DNA of 61,546 bases, filler included. It is 4 parts of 4 records of this genome, joined end to end, with 100 filler letters (N's around TTAATTAATTAA, not from the genome) between each part and the next. Parts side by side here need not be neighbours in the genome. Positions count along the whole stretch, not along the records: positions 51,640 to 61,546 come from SRR31156797_16103; 3 more parts are not named here. One strand, 5' to 3'. A program made the position numbers and the translations under genes. Of this stretch, positions 58,886 through 61,546 are shown in pieces; position 1 is the stretch's first letter, and each line of letters opens with the position of its first letter. The notes beneath the pieces are model-generated. The model saw nothing but the letters and a program-made list of their open reading frames with translations. It was not told where the DNA came from and made no database searches.

Positions 58886-60973
58886 ATGGAAAAAATATTT
58901 ACAACCCAGCTCAACGGCAAGGATTTTAGTATCACTGCCGGTAAAATCGCAAAACAGGCTTCAGGGTCGGTGATCGTCCAGCACGGTGAAACCATCGTGC
59001 TTGTGACCGCAGTGGCGTCAAAAGACCCCAAGGACAGCGTTTCTTTTCTTCCCCTTACCGTAGAGTACCAGGAGAAGATTTATGCCGCCGGCAGAATCCC
59101 CGGCAACTATTTCAGGCGGGAGATCGGCAGGCCCAGCGAGAAGGAAACCCTGACTGCCCGGCTCATCGACCGTCCCATCCGCCCCTTGTTTGAGAAGGGG
59201 TGGGCCTGCGAGACCCAGGTGATTGCGACCGTTATTTCAACCGACAAGGAGAACGAGCCGGATGTGCTTGCCATGGTGGGCGCCTCTGCCGCACTTCAGA
59301 TGTCCGACATCCCCTTTGCAGGTCCCATTGCAGGGGTGAGGGTCGGCCGGATCGACGGTGAATTTGTTGCCAACCCCACGGTCGAGCAGATGGAGAACAG
59401 CGACATCGAGCTCGTGGTGGCAGGCTCCAAGACCGGTGTGGTCATGGTGGAGGGCGGTGCCAACATCGTTTCCGAAGCCGAGATGCTCGATGCGATCTTC
59501 TTCGCCCATGAGAGCATGCAGCCCATCATCGAACTCCAGGAAGAGCTCAAGGCAGCCCTGGGTAAAGAGAAGCGTGCCTATACGCCTCCCGAGGCGGACC
59601 AGGAACTGCTGGCCAAGGTCACTGAGCTTTGCGAAGAGAAGATTCATACGGCTGTCCAGACCCAGGGAAAGATGGAGCGGACTAAAGCTCTTGCGGATGT
59701 CCGGACCGAGCTGATCGAGACCCTTGGCGAGGAACTGGCCGACCGGACGGACGAGGTCAAGTCCATTTTCGGTGATCTTGTGAAGAAGGTCTCCCGGAAG
59801 ATCGTTCTCCAGGAGAACAAGCGAATTGACGGCCGTGCCTTTGACGAGGTCAGGGATATCGCCTGCGAGGTGGGAAATCTGCCCAGGCCCCACGGCAGCG
59901 CCCTGTTTACCAGGGGGGAGACCCAGGTGCTCGGCGTCCTTACCTTGGGATCGGGACCGGACGAGCAGCGGATCGAGACCCTGAACGGCAACGAGACCCG
60001 GAACTTCATGCTCCACTACAACTTTCCTCCCTTTTCCGTTGGCGAGTGCCGGCGTCCGGGTGGACCGAGCCGCAGGGATATCGGTCACGGCAACCTTGCC
60101 CACCGTGCCCTTGAGCGGGTTCTGCCCGATCCTGAGGATTTCGAATACACCATTCGCCTGGTGGGCGAGGTGATGGAGTCCAACGGCAGCTCTTCCATGG
60201 GCACCGTTTGTTCCGGTACCCTGGCCCTGATGGACGGTGGCGTGCCCATCTCCGCCCCGGTATCCGGTATTGCCATGGGCCTTGTTTCCGATGAGGAGAA
60301 CACCGTGGTCCTCTCCGATATCCTCGGCGATGAGGATCACTTCGGGGATATGGACTTCAAGGTGGCGGGCACCGAAGAGGGCATCACCGCGCTTCAGATG
60401 GATATCAAGATCCGGGAGCTTTCCAGGGATGTACTTATAACGGCGCTCAACCAGGCACGGGAGGGTCGACTCCATATCCTCGGTAAAATGCTTGAGACCC
60501 TGAAGAACTCCAGGGACAACATGTCACCCTACGCCCCCAAGATCATCAGCGTGAAGATCAATCCCGACAAGATCCGGGAGATCATCGGCCCCGGTGGTAA
60601 GATGATTCGCTCCATCCAGGCGGACACCAACACCAATATCGAGGTGGATGACTCAGGGCTTGTGAAGATCGCAGCGGAAAACCAGGAGGATGGTGAGGCT
60701 GCTGCAAAGATCGTCACCGACATCGGACTCGATCCTGAGATCGGTGAGATTTACGAGGGCGAGGTAGTGAAGATCACCGATTTTGGCGCCTTTGTAAGGA
60801 TCAAGACCGGCACCGACGGCCTGGTTCACATCTCCGAGCTTGCCAACCGTCGGGTGAAGAAGGTGACCGATGTGGTCAAAGAGGGTGAGATTATCAAGGT
60901 AAAGGTACTTGAGATCACCCGTGACGGAAAGATCCGTCTCAGCGTCAAAGCCATAGAGAACGACGAAAAATAG
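58886..60973 (+). CDS. pnp: Polyribonucleotide nucleotidyltransferase
   Basis: [46 protein letters not shown]1 [17 protein letters not shown] before the ATG at 58886. Confidence 0.98.
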   Translation: MEKIFTTQLNGKDFSITAGKIAKQASGSVIVQHGETIVLVTAVASKDPKDSVSFLPLTVEYQEKIYAAGRIPGNYFRREIGRPSEKETLTARLIDRPIRPLFEKGWACETQVIATVISTDKENEPDVLAMVGASAALQMSDIPFAGPIAGVRVGRIDGEFVANPTVEQMENSDIELVVAGSKTGVVMVEGGANIVSEAEMLDAIFFAHESMQPIIELQEELKAALGKEKRAYTPPEADQELLAKVTELCEEKIHTAVQTQGKMERTKALADVRTELIETLGEELADRTDEVKSIFGDLVKKVSRKIVLQENKRIDGRAFDEVRDIACEVGNLPRPHGSALFTRGETQVLGVLTLGSGPDEQRIETLNGNETRNFMLHYNFPPFSVGECRRPGGPSRRDIGHGNLAHRALERVLPDPEDFEYTIRLVGEVMESNGSSSMGTVCSGTLALMDGGVPISAPVSGIAMGLVSDEENTVVLSDILGDEDHFGDMDFKVAGTEEGITALQMDIKIRELSRDVLITALNQAREGRLHILGKMLETLKNSRDNMSPYAPKIISVKINPDKIREIIGPGGKMIRSIQADTNTNIEVDDSGLVKIAAENQEDGEAAAKIVTDIGLDPEIGEIYEGEVVKITDFGAFVRIKTGTDGLVHISELANRRVKKVTDVVKEGEIIKVKVLEITRDGKIRLSVKAIENDEK

Positions 60974-61546
60974 TGGAACGCCCCTGCTTATCCATCTGCC
61001 CCCTGGCAAGTGGCAGCAGGGGTAATTCCGTGTTTGTATCGGGCGGAAACACCTCCATCCTGGTTGACGCCGGCCTGTCCGGCGTGGAACTGGAGCGGCG
61101 CATGCGTGCACGGTCCCTTTCGCCCGATAAGCTTTCCGCCGTGGTGGTAACCCACGAGCACACGGATCATATCCAGGCCGCCGGCATCTTGTGCCGGCGC
61201 TACAACATCCCCCTCTATATCAATTCAAGGACCCACGGTGCAGCCGCGGCCAAGCTTGGCAAGGTCGAACTTGTCAGCCTGTTCGCCTGTGGCACCTTGT
61301 TTGAGATCGGGGATCTGACCATCAACCCCTTCTCCATCTCCCACGATGCCGCAGACCCTTTGGGCATGACCGTTGCCCACGGTAACGCCAAACTCGGTAT
61401 TGCAACGGATCTTGGCATTGCCACCAGCCTGGTGCGCCAGCATCTTCGAGGATGCCGCCTGCTCTATTTGGAAGCCAACCACGATCCCCACCTGCTCAAT
61501 ACCGGCCCCTATCCCTGGTACCTGAAACAGCGGGTCAAGAGCCGAA
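60973..61546 (+). CDS. Metallo-beta-lactamase-fold hydrolase (YycJ/WalJ-like), running off the window
   Basis: Not in the ORF track. A GTG overlapping the pnp stop reads ...LASGSRGNS..ILVDAGLS...VTHEHTDHI...SHDAADP...ATDLG...LEANHD. Confidence 0.9.
   Translation, partial: MERPCLSICPLASGSRGNSVFVSGGNTSILVDAGLSGVELERRMRARSLSPDKLSAVVVTHEHTDHIQAAGILCRRYNIPLYINSRTHGAAAAKLGKVELVSLFACGTLFEIGDLTINPFSISHDAADPLGMTVAHGNAKLGIATDLGIATSLVRQHLRGCRLLYLEANHDPHLLNTGPYPWYLKQRVKSR

Overview
The window is not one locus. Four separate contigs are joined by artificial 100-nt spacers (N44-TTAATTAATTAA-N44 at 18789-18888, 40288-40387, 51540-51639). Contig A (1-18788; AT-rich, Campylobacterota/Arcobacteraceae-like) runs from the 3' part of purH through an ERIC-like hairpin element into an accessory island. 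The island holds a large N6-adenine methyltransferase coupled to a small PD-(D/E)XK-like gene, antirepressor/XRE/ORF6N genes and remnants, HicAB, VapBC and a decayed Phd-RelE pair, all tied together by a recurring 15-bp palindrome. After it come hrpB, a GIY-YIG nuclease, a kinase-GNAT fusion, a J-domain protein and a truncated Ser/Thr kinase-ATPase-His kinase hybrid. Contig B (18889-40287; GC-richer, Desulfobacterota-like) has a probable integron-integrase 5' end, aldo/keto reductase, kup, serine hydrolase, CaiB/BaiF enzyme, a stand-alone dnaK, an AOR/two-Fe-ADH operon, HtrA, amidohydrolase and a TraB-family gene. Contig C (40388-51539; Arcobacteraceae-like) has a NIT-domain chemoreceptor, housekeeping and envelope genes, and two intergenic sRNA candidates carrying anti-Shine-Dalgarno motifs. 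Contig D (51640-61546; Desulfobacterota-like) is the tRNA-Gly 3' end plus rimP-nusA-infB-rbfA-truB-rpsO-pnp and a metallo-beta-lactamase-fold gene. The best candidates for undescribed biology are the split methyltransferase+nuclease pair, the palindrome network around the ORF6N gene, and the two sRNAs. Taxonomic and family calls come from motif recognition only; no searches were run.
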